From contig CABUGI010000003.1 in NCBI GenBank assembly GCA_902491055.1, positions 8,536 to 72,535 on the forward strand: a DNA stretch of 64,000 nucleotides, given 5' to 3'. Each line of letters begins with the position of its first letter. Positions within the stretch are counted from its first letter, which is position 1. Below the pieces are notes generated by a model that saw nothing but the letters and a program-made list of their open reading frames with translations, was not told the origin of the DNA and searched no databases. Source of the stretch: an uncultured Collinsella sp. GTDB lineage: Bacteria; Actinomycetota; Coriobacteriia; Coriobacteriales; Coriobacteriaceae. Below, piece by piece: positions 30,210 to 39,078 of this stretch. A program made the position numbers and the translations under genes.

Positions 30210-30339
30210 GGACCTGGCCGGGCGAGGCGGGTAAGTTTTTCGTAGATTCCGCACGAGCCGGAAAGCACTTAATGTGCTTTCCGAGCGAGCCCAGGACCTG
30301 ACCGAACGAAAAACTTACCCGTCTCGCCCGGCCAGGTCC
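30210..30339. repeat. 130-bp nested palindrome (33-bp arms plus an inner 10-bp hairpin)
   Basis: GGACCTGGCCGGGCGAGGCGGGTAAGTTTTTCG (30210-30242) pairs with CGAAAAACTTACCCGTCTCGCCCGGCCAGGTCC (30307-30339) with one mismatch. Inner hairpin is CGGAAAGCAC/GTGCTTTCCG. Confidence 0.8.
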
Positions 30340-30350
30340 GACGAGCCACG

Positions 30351-31178
30351 TTAACGAGCCGCCAAGATGGCGTCGATGAGCGTCAGTACGCCCCCGTCGT
30401 TGTTGCTCGGAATGCGCCACTTGGCGTGCGCGTTCATGTGCTCCTCGGCATTGTCCACGATAAAGCTGTGACCGACGCGCTCCAGCATGGGGATGTCGTT
30501 GTACGTATCGCCCACGGCGGCGGCGTCGGCAATATCGATGCCCAGGTGCTCGCACAGGTGCGCGACGCCGGCGCCCTTGTCGACACCCAGGTTCATAAAG
30601 TCGATCCACTCGCGCCCGGCGTTGGTGACGTAGAGCTTGTCCGAGAACTCGGGGCTATAGGTCTCGCGGAAAGCGGGCTCGGCGTCGTAGTCGGGGAAGA
30701 AGACCGAAATCTTGTTGGACTCGAAATCAATGCCCTCAAAGCTGTCGACGTAGTTGATTGTGTTGTAGTAGACGCTGATCTCGTCGTGGTACTGATGGTC
30801 GCGGGCAAGCACGTAGAACTCGTCGAAGCAGCACAGGACGGGAACGGCGCGCGGGTCCTCCGAGGCACGGCTCAAGACCTGCTGATACAGCGCCACATCG
30901 ATGTTGCTCTTATAGATATAGTTGCCGCGATAGATGACGCAGGCTCCGTTGTCGGGACAAAAGGCGAGGCGGTTCTTGATGCCCTCGAACATCTCTTCAA
31001 GCTTGGGGGCCGGACGTCCGCTAGCGGGGCAGAACACGATGCCAGCCTCGGCGAGCTTGTCCAGGCGCTCATCAAGACCCTGAGGTAGCACGCGCTCGTC
31101 GGTGAGAAGCGTCTTGTCCATATCAACGGCGAGAATCTTAATGTTTCCAATATTGGCGTCCGATTCGTAAGTTTGCAT
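30351..31178 (-). CDS. Cof-type HAD-IIB family hydrolase
   Basis: LAVDMDKTLL motif I and GDTYNDIPML motif IV. Confidence 0.85.
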   Translation of the reverse strand: MQTYESDANIGNIKILAVDMDKTLLTDERVLPQGLDERLDKLAEAGIVFCPASGRPAPKLEEMFEGIKNRLAFCPDNGACVIYRGNYIYKSNIDVALYQQVLSRASEDPRAVPVLCCFDEFYVLARDHQYHDEISVYYNTINYVDSFEGIDFESNKISVFFPDYDAEPAFRETYSPEFSDKLYVTNAGREWIDFMNLGVDKGAGVAHLCEHLGIDIADAAAVGDTYNDIPMLERVGHSFIVDNAEEHMNAHAKWRIPSNNDGGVLTLIDAILAAR

Positions 31179-31452
31179 AAAAGCGAGCCTTTCGTTTCGA
31201 AATTGTTTCAGATGTTATAACCATCAACTCGTAGTCAGGCGTATTTTCGCAGGAACGCAGCGTATTTGCACTGCATTTCACAAACTAATGAAAAAACTTT
31301 TCAGAAATTTGAATTTGTCGCTTGTGCAGCGGGCACTTTATCGTAATATAGCGACCATCGAAAACGGAGACGGAAAAACAACCGCTTGCCGAGGAAAAGG
31401 TACCGTTTACGATATTAGAATTGCGCCCGGCGATAGGTGAAAGGAGAGGCAG

Positions 31453-31527
31453 ATGCAGTTCGTAAAGATCATCACCACTGCAGACAATGCCATCCGACGC
31501 CAGCGCGCAATTTCCCGACGACGATAA
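31453..31527 (+). promoter_or_regulatory. Candidate Arg-rich leader peptide ORF upstream of argG (24 codons)
   Basis: AAAGGAGAGG RBS then ATG, encoding MQFVKIITTADNAIRRQRAISRRR. The last three codons are CGA CGA CGA, and the stop codon sits in the loop of a GACGAT/ATCGTC hairpin. Confidence 0.25.
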
Positions 31528-31732
31528 CAATCGTCTCTGTCCGCATGGGGCGAATTGCCTCAACAGAGTCATTTTGAGGTCGTTGGGTTTTAGTACGACA
31601 TTGCTGCATGTTTCTAGGGCATGTATGTGCTGATTTTTGCTATTTAACCTGATATTGCACGGTATATGACCTTGAAATGACTTGCAACTGACCGATGTTC
31701 TAACTGGCTACCAAGGGCGAAAGGAAACAGCC

Positions 31733-32959
31733 ATGAGCAAGGAAAAAGTCGTTCTCGCATATTCCGGTGGTCTTGATACATCCGTATGTGTCAAGTGGCT
31801 CCAGGACGAGAAGAATCTCGATGTCGTTTGTGTCTGCGGCAACGTGGGCCAGGAAGAGACCGGACTGGATGCCAAGAAGCAGAAGGCGCTCGACCTGGGC
31901 GTTCTCGATTGCCAGGTGCTCGACCTGCGCGACGAGTTCTCCGATGAGTTCCTGACTAAGGCCATCGCTGCAAACTCCATGTACGAGAACAAGTACCCGC
32001 TGCTCTCCGCTCTTTCCCGCCCGCTGCTCGCCAAGAAGCTTGTTGAGGTCGCCCACGAGTTTGGCGCGACCTACGTCGCCCACGGCTGCACCGGCAAGGG
32101 TAACGACCAGGTCCGTTTTGAGGCCGCCGTCAAGGCCCTCGACCCTGAGCTCAAGGTTATCGCCCCGGTGCGCGAGTGGGATCTGAAGTGCCGTCCCGAC
32201 GAGGTCGCCTATGCCCACGCCCACAACGTGCCGGTTCCCGAGGGTGCCAACGACAACCCCTACTCCATCGACGACAACCTGTGGGGTCGTGCCATTGAGT
32301 GCGGTCACCTGGAGGATCCCTGGAACGAGCCGCTCGACGACGCTTGGGTTATGACCAAGAACCCCGAGGACACGCCGGACACTCCGACCTACACCGAGAT
32401 TGAGTTTGAGGCCGGCAAGCCCGTCGCCGTCGACGGCAAGAAGATGAAGCTCTCCGAGATCGTCATCGCCCTCAACAAGATCTCCGGCGACAATGGCTTT
32501 GGCCGTCTCGATCTGGTCGAGGATCGCCTGGTGGGCCTTAAGAGCCGCGAGTGCTACGAGGTTCCCGGCGCCCTGACGCTCATCACCGCCCACAAGGCGC
32601 TCGAGGACATCTGCGTCGAGGGCGACCTGCTCAAGACCAAGATCAAGCTCGAGCAGGATTGGGCCACCGCCGTGTATAACGGCCAGTGGTACAGCCCGCT
32701 CAAAAACGCGCTCGATGCCTTTATGGCCGATACCCAGAAGTTCGTGACCGGCACTGTCCGTCTGAAGTTCTTTAAGGGCAACTGCCATGTCGTCGGCCGC
32801 AAGAGCCCCTTCAGTCTCTACGACTACGGTCTGGCTACCTACGACCGCGACACCACGTTTGACGAGAAGGCCAGCGCCGGCTTTATCGAGATCGATACGC
32901 TGTCGCTCAAGACGTGGGCAAAGGTCCAGGGCCCCAGCTCTGCTGCCGCTCAGGCCTAG
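31733..32959 (+). CDS. argG: Argininosuccinate synthase
   Basis: AYSGGLDTS motif, in a full-length ArgG-like sequence. Confidence 0.97.
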   Translation: MSKEKVVLAYSGGLDTSVCVKWLQDEKNLDVVCVCGNVGQEETGLDAKKQKALDLGVLDCQVLDLRDEFSDEFLTKAIAANSMYENKYPLLSALSRPLLAKKLVEVAHEFGATYVAHGCTGKGNDQVRFEAAVKALDPELKVIAPVREWDLKCRPDEVAYAHAHNVPVPEGANDNPYSIDDNLWGRAIECGHLEDPWNEPLDDAWVMTKNPEDTPDTPTYTEIEFEAGKPVAVDGKKMKLSEIVIALNKISGDNGFGRLDLVEDRLVGLKSRECYEVPGALTLITAHKALEDICVEGDLLKTKIKLEQDWATAVYNGQWYSPLKNALDAFMADTQKFVTGTVRLKFFKGNCHVVGRKSPFSLYDYGLATYDRDTTFDEKASAGFIEIDTLSLKTWAKVQGPSSAAAQA

Positions 32960-33112
32960 CGCCTCCTTCCCTTGGTATCCGCGCGGCCCATCCGCGTGAT
33001 ACATAACGGGCGCACGGGGTCCCTACCTTTCGTTATGCTTGCTGACACTTCTTAACATCGGTGGCCCCTACGTTCCGCCCGCATATATGATGCCGCGTCT
33101 GCGGCTGAGTCC

Positions 33113-33142
33113 GAGCCCCGCCGGGGTTGTCCGGCGGGGCTC
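33113..33142 (+). terminator. Hairpin after argG
   Basis: Perfect 12-bp stem GAGCCCCGCCGG / CCGGCGGGGCTC. The T-tract is weak. Confidence 0.5.
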
Positions 33143-33192
33143 CTTCTATCAATTTGGCGGCTCTGCGCCTATATATATGAGGAGTATCCATT

Positions 33193-33363
33193 ATGTTCAA
33201 TGCTATTGCGCATGCTTTACTTGCCCTCGCGCCCGAGTTCGATGCTGCAAAGGTCGAGGACGTTCCTATGAGCCTAAAGGCCTGGATCGATGGTTCGCAG
33301 GGCAACATCCGGAGGGTGACGTTGGGCGCCAAGTGCATGGCGCGTCACTTCTTTGCAAATTAG
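33193..33363 (+). CDS. Candidate small ORF (56 aa) between argG and argH
   Basis: GAGGAG lies 8 nt before the ATG. Encodes MFNAIAHALLALAPEFDAAKVEDVPMSLKAWIDGSQGNIRRVTLGAKCMARHFFAN. No family recognised. Confidence 0.25.
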   Translation: MFNAIAHALLALAPEFDAAKVEDVPMSLKAWIDGSQGNIRRVTLGAKCMARHFFAN

Positions 33364-33481
33364 CTACATGGCACCGCACACGGTGGGGAATGTGTAAAAC
33401 TAGCGGTTGAAAAATCGCTTTAGCGACATGGCGCATTGCTTTGGGCGCTTGTTTTGGTATTTGGAGAAAGGGGACGGTTCC

Positions 33482-34912
33482 ATGGCTCTTTGGGGCGGTC
33501 GTTTTGAGGCAGGCGTGGCCGAGGTCACGCAGGAGTTTGGCGCGTCGCTGCCGGTCGACAAACATCTCTATAAGCAGGATATCGCCGGCTCTAAGGCGCA
33601 TGCCAAAATGCTGGCGGCCCAGGGCATCATCAGTGCCGAGGACGAGCAGGCGATTGCCAAGGGCCTGACCGGAATCGAACAGGATATCGATGCCGGCAAC
33701 TTTACCTTCGATATCAACGATGAGGACATTCATATGTCCATCGAGAGCGAGTTGACGCGCCGCATCGGCGAGGCCGGTAAGCGCTTACACACCGGGCGTT
33801 CGCGCAACGACCAGGTGGCGACCGATACGCGCCTGGGCGTCAAGGCGCTGGCCAAGGAGCTCATGGAGGCCAATCTTGAGCTGCGCCATGTGCTGGTGGA
33901 TGCGGCCAAGAAGTACGGCAAGGTGATTCTGCCGGGCTACACGCACTTGCAACATGCTCAGCCCGTGCTGCTGTCGCATCATCTGTTGGCGTATTCCTGG
34001 ATGTTCGCGCGCGACTTTACGCGTTTGAAGGCCGCCTTTGATGCCGCTGACAACTGCCCGCTGGGTGCCGCCGCGCTTGCCGGTACGAGCTATCCGCTCG
34101 ATCGCCAGATGACGGCTGCCGAACTTGGCTTTGCGGGTGTGATTCCCAACTCGCTCGATGCGGTTTCCGACCGTGATTTCCTCCTCGACCTGCATTACGC
34201 CGGCTCCGTCATGGCCATGCACCTGTCGCGTCTTTCCGAGGAGATCGTGCTGTGGTCGAGCTCCGAATTTGGCTTTATCACGCTTTCCGACTCCTATTCC
34301 ACTGGCTCGTCCATCATGCCGCAGAAGAAGAATCCCGACTTTGCCGAGCTTATCCGCGGCAAGAGCGGCCGTGTCTTTGGCAACCTGGTGCAGCTGCTGG
34401 TAACCATGAAGGGCTTGCCGCTTGCTTATAACAAGGACTTGCAGGAGGACAAGGAGAGCGCGCTCGATACCGCCCATACGCTCATGCAGTGCCTGTCCGT
34501 TATGGCCGGAATGATTTCGACTTGGACCGTCAACGAGGATGCCATGGCGCGCGAGTGCGGCGTGGGGCACCTTGCCGCTACCGATGTTGCCGATTACCTG
34601 GCCAAGCGTGGCCTGCCGTTCCGCGAGGCACATGCCGTGGTGGGGCATCTGGTCCTGATGTGTGAGAAGCGCGGCTGCAATCTTGAGGACCTGCCGTTTG
34701 AGGTGTTCCAGGAGGCAAGCCCGCTCTTTGAGCGCGACATTACCGAGGCGCTCGACATCCCGTCGATTGTCGCCGCGCGCACGACCGAGGGCGGCACCGC
34801 CCCTGCCGCCGTTGCCGTGCAGCTGCAGCGTGCCGAGGCACAGCTCGTGGCCGACGAGGGCGTGTTTGGATCGCTGACCAAGGTCGTCGAGATGGGCCAC
34901 GGGATAAAGTAA
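33482..34912 (+). CDS. argH: Argininosuccinate lyase
   Basis: GSSIMPQKKNPD fumarate-lyase signature; start MALWGGRF. Confidence 0.97.
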   Translation: MALWGGRFEAGVAEVTQEFGASLPVDKHLYKQDIAGSKAHAKMLAAQGIISAEDEQAIAKGLTGIEQDIDAGNFTFDINDEDIHMSIESELTRRIGEAGKRLHTGRSRNDQVATDTRLGVKALAKELMEANLELRHVLVDAAKKYGKVILPGYTHLQHAQPVLLSHHLLAYSWMFARDFTRLKAAFDAADNCPLGAAALAGTSYPLDRQMTAAELGFAGVIPNSLDAVSDRDFLLDLHYAGSVMAMHLSRLSEEIVLWSSSEFGFITLSDSYSTGSSIMPQKKNPDFAELIRGKSGRVFGNLVQLLVTMKGLPLAYNKDLQEDKESALDTAHTLMQCLSVMAGMISTWTVNEDAMARECGVGHLAATDVADYLAKRGLPFREAHAVVGHLVLMCEKRGCNLEDLPFEVFQEASPLFERDITEALDIPSIVAARTTEGGTAPAAVAVQLQRAEAQLVADEGVFGSLTKVVEMGHGIK

Positions 34913-35297
34913 GGGTTTGGCCGAAGCCGTTTTTGCCATTTATTGAGGAATCATTTTTTGCTTTACGGACGTCTGCTGATGTGGGCGCCCGTATTTTGTT
35001 GCTATGGGGGAGGGGCTTGTCGAGAACTTCTGTAGGACCTTTGAGCAGGTTGTGAAGAGGGTACGTTCGCGGGCGGCAACCGACCGTCTGCTCTGCTCGA
35101 TGCGGTTGATGGGCGGGCGGATGGTACTCTAATCGGGCTTCGAAACAGAAGTGACACATATGGAGCGCTTTAATAAATTGCAGCGTTTCAATAAACAGCT
35201 TTTTGTTTAACTGCAGCTAAAACTCTGTTACGATGCAGTACAGGCGGGTGCCGGAATGGGACTTGGGCACGCGCGAACCTACTTGAAAGGCTACCTT

Positions 35298-35702
35298 ATG
35301 GCTATCGAGAAGACCTTCATCATGATTAAGCCCGACGCCGTGCGCGATCGCAAAATCGGCGAGATTGTTGCTCGCATTGAGCGCAGCGGCCTTGTCATCG
35401 AGCGCATGGAGATGACCACGCTCGAGCGCGCTACCGTCGAGGAGCACTACGCCCATCTGGCCGACAAGCCCTTCTTTGGCGGTCTCTGTGACTTTATGAC
35501 GAGCGGTCCGGTCGTCAAGATGGTCGTTTCCGGTCTCTCCGCTGTTGCTAAGATGCGCACCCTCATGGGCGCTACCAACCCGCTTGAGGCTGCCCCCGGC
35601 ACCATCCGCGGCGACTTTGCCGTCGATGTCAACGCCAACGTGATCCACGGCTCCGACTGCCTGGAGAACGCCGAGATCGAGATCAAGCGCTTCTTTGGCT
35701 AA
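35298..35702 (+). CDS. ndk: Nucleoside diphosphate kinase
   Basis: MAIEKTFIMIKPD and NVIHGSD motifs. Confidence 0.95.
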   Translation: MAIEKTFIMIKPDAVRDRKIGEIVARIERSGLVIERMEMTTLERATVEEHYAHLADKPFFGGLCDFMTSGPVVKMVVSGLSAVAKMRTLMGATNPLEAAPGTIRGDFAVDVNANVIHGSDCLENAEIEIKRFFG

Positions 35703-35853
35703 ACCAGCTTTGACTCCTTAAAGCTGTTAGCGTGTGGCTTGGGCGCCGCGGAACTCCATCCGCGGCGCCCTTTTATTCCAGAATCTATGAAGGGGCCCGC
35801 TCGGACATGTGTTCCGAGCGGGCCCCTGCTGTTAGCTTGTGGCGCTGAATAGT

Positions 35854-36321
35854 TTAGGCTTCGTCGACGATCTTAAGGCCGCGCGTGTGATCGATCTCGT
35901 TGAGGAGATTGACGCGACGCTCGTGGCGGCCGCCCTCAAACTCGGCGTCGAGCCACTCGTCGACAATCATCTTGGCGAGCTCGGAGCCCACGACGCGGGC
36001 GCCAAAGGCGAGCACGTTGGTGTTGTTGTGCATGCGGGAGAGCTTGGCGCTGAAGGGCTCGGAGCACACGACGGCGCGCACGCCCTCTACCTTGTTGGCA
36101 GCCAGGCTGATACCGACGCCGGTGCCGCAGATCAGGATGCCCAGGTCGACGTCGCCGTTGGCAACGGCCTTACCCACCTTGTAGCCGGCGATGGGGTAGT
36201 CAAAGCTCTCAGAGGTGTCGGTGCCAAAGTTCACGACCTCGCAGCCGCGCTCCTTCAGGTGCTCGGAGATGATGTTCTTGAGCTCGACGGCGGCGTGGTC
36301 GTTACCGATACCGATCTTCAT
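35854..36321 (-). CDS. rpiB: Ribose-5-phosphate isomerase B (RpiB/LacA/LacB family)
   Basis: MKIGIGNDHAAVELK and ICGTGVGISLAANK motifs. Start at 36321. Confidence 0.9.
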   Translation of the reverse strand: MKIGIGNDHAAVELKNIISEHLKERGCEVVNFGTDTSESFDYPIAGYKVGKAVANGDVDLGILICGTGVGISLAANKVEGVRAVVCSEPFSAKLSRMHNNTNVLAFGARVVGSELAKMIVDEWLDAEFEGGRHERRVNLLNEIDHTRGLKIVDEA

Positions 36322-36592
36322 GGATGGTTCCTCTCTGGTCTGTGCGGCGCAAATGCTAAAGGTGTTTACCGCGTTCGACTGCATGATAGCGCGACTTTTG
36401 AGTAAACGCTCGAGCGTTTTTTGGTCAAACGCTTTAGCAGGCAACAAGACTGGCTTCTCGTGAATGAATGTCGTCAGTTTGCGCTTGAGCGCCGTCTGCC
36501 GGAACCATGGTTGCGGTTTTTGATGCATTGTTATCAAATAAAGGAGCTAACTATTATGAGAGTCCAGCCCGTTATGCAAGCAGGAGATACCT

Positions 36593-37912
36593 ATGCCTAC
36601 TGATTCCATCCGTGATGCCGCTTTTTGCGATGTTTTGAACCGCGAGCTTGTCTGTGCACTCGGCTGCACCGAGCCCATTGCCGTTGCCTATGCAGCGGCG
36701 CTGGCGAGCCAGACGCTCGGTTGCGAACCCGATCATATGGATGTTGCCTGCTCGGGCAACATCATCAAGAACGTCAAGAGCGTGACCGTGCCCAACTCGG
36801 GCGGTATGCACGGTATTGAGGCCGCGGCCGTGCTGGGTGCCGTGGGCGGCGACGCCAAGAGCGCGCTCGAGGTGCTCGAGAGCGTTAACGATGAAGACCG
36901 TGCTCGCGTGGCCGAGCTCCTCGCCGACGCCGGCTACTGCGATGTGTCGCTTGTCGAGGGTGTGCCCAACCTCTACATCAAGGTGACTGCCACGGCCGGG
37001 GGCCATACCGCGGTCGTCGAGATTACCGACCACCACACAAATGTCACGTGCCATACGCTCGACGGTATTCCGGTATGCGGCAAGTCGGCGGGGGAGTGTG
37101 CCGCCTGCGCCGAGCGCGTGGTGGCCGAGCGTGCGGCGGATAACGCCGATACCCCTATGAGCATTGAGTCTATCATCGACTTTATCGAGGACGGTGACAT
37201 TGAGGACGCCCGCGCTGCCGTTGAGCGTCAGATTGAGCTGAATGGCGCGATCAGTGCCGAGGGCCTTGCGCACGCTTGGGGCGCCGAGGTGGGTCGTACA
37301 CTGTTGGGCGCTCGTGCTGATGACGTCGCCTGCCGTGCCCGTGCCCGTGCGGCCGCCGGGTCCGACGCCCGCATGAACGGTTGCGCGCTGCCGGTCGCCA
37401 TTGTGTGCGGCTCGGGCAATCAGGGCATTACCTGCGCATTGCCCGTCATGGAGTATGCCGAGTACCTGCGTTGCGACCACGAGCGCCTGGTGCGCGCCGT
37501 GATGCTGTCCGATCTTATCGCCGTGCATATCAAGAGCTATATTGGTGCGCTCTCGGCGTTTTGCGGTGCTATTTGCGCCGCGTGCGGCGCCGGCGCTGCG
37601 ATTACCTGGCTGTGCGGTGGCACGCGCGAGCAGATTGGCGCGACGGTCTCGAATACGCTCGGTAACGTGGGCGGCATCGTGTGCGACGGCGCCAAGGCGA
37701 GCTGTGCCGCCAAGATCTCGGCTGCCGTCGATGCGGCGATTCTGGGCCACGATATGGCTATGCAAGGTCGCGGCTTCCGCGCCGGCGAGGGCCTGATCCA
37801 GGATACCGTTGAGCAGACAATCGCCAGCATGGGCTACGTGGGCCGCGTGGGCATGAAGGACACCGACATCGAGATCCTCAACATCATGATCGGTAAAACC
37901 CAGGTCTGCTAG
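36593..37912 (+). CDS. UPF0597/YhaM-like serine dehydratase alpha-type protein (L-cysteine desulfidase family)
   Basis: N-terminus ALGCTEPIAVAYAAA, with the length and Cys/Gly-rich pattern of the family. Confidence 0.75.
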   Translation: MPTDSIRDAAFCDVLNRELVCALGCTEPIAVAYAAALASQTLGCEPDHMDVACSGNIIKNVKSVTVPNSGGMHGIEAAAVLGAVGGDAKSALEVLESVNDEDRARVAELLADAGYCDVSLVEGVPNLYIKVTATAGGHTAVVEITDHHTNVTCHTLDGIPVCGKSAGECAACAERVVAERAADNADTPMSIESIIDFIEDGDIEDARAAVERQIELNGAISAEGLAHAWGAEVGRTLLGARADDVACRARARAAAGSDARMNGCALPVAIVCGSGNQGITCALPVMEYAEYLRCDHERLVRAVMLSDLIAVHIKSYIGALSAFCGAICAACGAGAAITWLCGGTREQIGATVSNTLGNVGGIVCDGAKASCAAKISAAVDAAILGHDMAMQGRGFRAGEGLIQDTVEQTIASMGYVGRVGMKDTDIEILNIMIGKTQVC

Positions 37913-37918
37913 ATATTA

Positions 37919-37985
37919 AGTTGCGGTGAGATAGTTCCTAAAATTACCCGGGTGAGGGGCAAACAGGAACTATCTCACCGCAACT
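37919..37985. repeat. AGTTGCGGTG-family hairpin element, copy 3
   Basis: Perfect 21-bp arms AGTTGCGGTGAGATAGTTCCT / AGGAACTATCTCACCGCAACT with a 25-nt loop. Starts 7 nt after the upstream stop. Confidence 0.85.
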
Positions 37986-38004
37986 GCGCTAGATGTTCTG
38001 GCGC

Positions 38005-38871
38005 CTACGATAGTTCGTCGGCTATTTGGTGCTCGTAGAAGGCCTCGATTACGGCGTTAAAGTCGCGGGCGAAGTCTTCCATGGTTCCGCGCCAGGTGGC
38101 TCGGCTGGGCTTGCCCTGGCCCACAAAGGCGGTTTGGATGCCGCAATCGGGGGACGGGAAGTCGCGTTTGGGGTCGTTGCCCACCATAAGGACCTCGTGT
38201 GGCTCGAGCCCCATCACCTGAAGCTGCTCTAGATAGTAGGTGGCATCGGGCTTGCATCGGGTGGCGTTTCCCATGTGCGTCACGAGTTCAAAGGGGGCGT
38301 CGGCCAGGTCGCCCCAGCCCATGCGGCACTCGATGGCCCCCTGGGGAAAGCTGGGGTTGGTAAAGAGCGCACAACGCAGTCCAGCGTCCTGTACGGCCTG
38401 GAGCGCGGCGTGCGCGCCCGGCATAGCGTGGGCGTTAATGAGTTCGTCATTCTTGTACGGAAGAACTTCGCGGTCGTAGTAAGTAAACGCCTCGTAGATG
38501 AAGGGATCGGAGAGGCAGATGCCGCACCTGTGCTCGACCTCGGTGCGGTAAAACTCAAGATTGGTGCGGTTATCCGTGCCGCTGCGGCGATTGGCGTTGA
38601 GGTCGACCAGGATGGTGCCGAGGCGTGCCATCGTGCCACCGCGACTGCGGCGCCCGATATCCGCGAGCATCGAAGAGACATCCTTAAAATAGCGAAGGAT
38701 GAACGCGTTAAGGTTGATGCTAAGAAGCGTTTCGTCCATATCGAAAACGACTGCTTTGAGCACGCGGGCACCTTTCTCGTAAATTTGATCTGGAGTCGTT
38801 GACTCCGGATACTTTACCCCAAAGCCAAATGCCTGGCTGGTTATCGTCAAGTTGTGGAGACGTGTGTTCAT
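38005..38871 (-). CDS. HAD-family hydrolase
   Basis: VVFDMDETLL motif I and MVGNDPKRD motif IV-like. Start at 38871 is tentative. Confidence 0.7.
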   Translation of the reverse strand: MNTRLHNLTITSQAFGFGVKYPESTTPDQIYEKGARVLKAVVFDMDETLLSINLNAFILRYFKDVSSMLADIGRRSRGGTMARLGTILVDLNANRRSGTDNRTNLEFYRTEVEHRCGICLSDPFIYEAFTYYDREVLPYKNDELINAHAMPGAHAALQAVQDAGLRCALFTNPSFPQGAIECRMGWGDLADAPFELVTHMGNATRCKPDATYYLEQLQVMGLEPHEVLMVGNDPKRDFPSPDCGIQTAFVGQGKPSRATWRGTMEDFARDFNAVIEAFYEHQIADELS

Positions 38872-39078
38872 AAGATTACGAAAAAGTCTCCACACGAGTA
38901 AAAAATCGCAGTTCACGCTTGAAATCGAACTCATTTCCCCGTAACCTATACGAACGTGATTGCATAAGCGTCACATTAGTATCTGTCGGCTCCCGAGTGT
39001 TCCTAAACGTTGTGTGCTTGTCGCACCCTTCTGTAGGTCCTAGCAATCGGGGCCCCGTAGTTCGAAAGGGGTCCACCT

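Noticed and set aside
31285-31572. 95-aa minus-strand ORF in the argG upstream region
   Set aside because: It lies in an AT-rich intergenic region, has no RBS and has odd composition. It also overlaps the better-supported promoter and leader features on the + strand.
31700-34939. 434-aa and 384-aa minus-strand ORFs
   Set aside because: They are antisense to argG and argH respectively, so they are shadow frames.
35028-35040. TTCTGTAGGACCT, resembling TTCTGTAGGTCCT at 39029-39041
   Set aside because: The match is 13 nt with one mismatch and no extended similarity or structure, which is compatible with chance.
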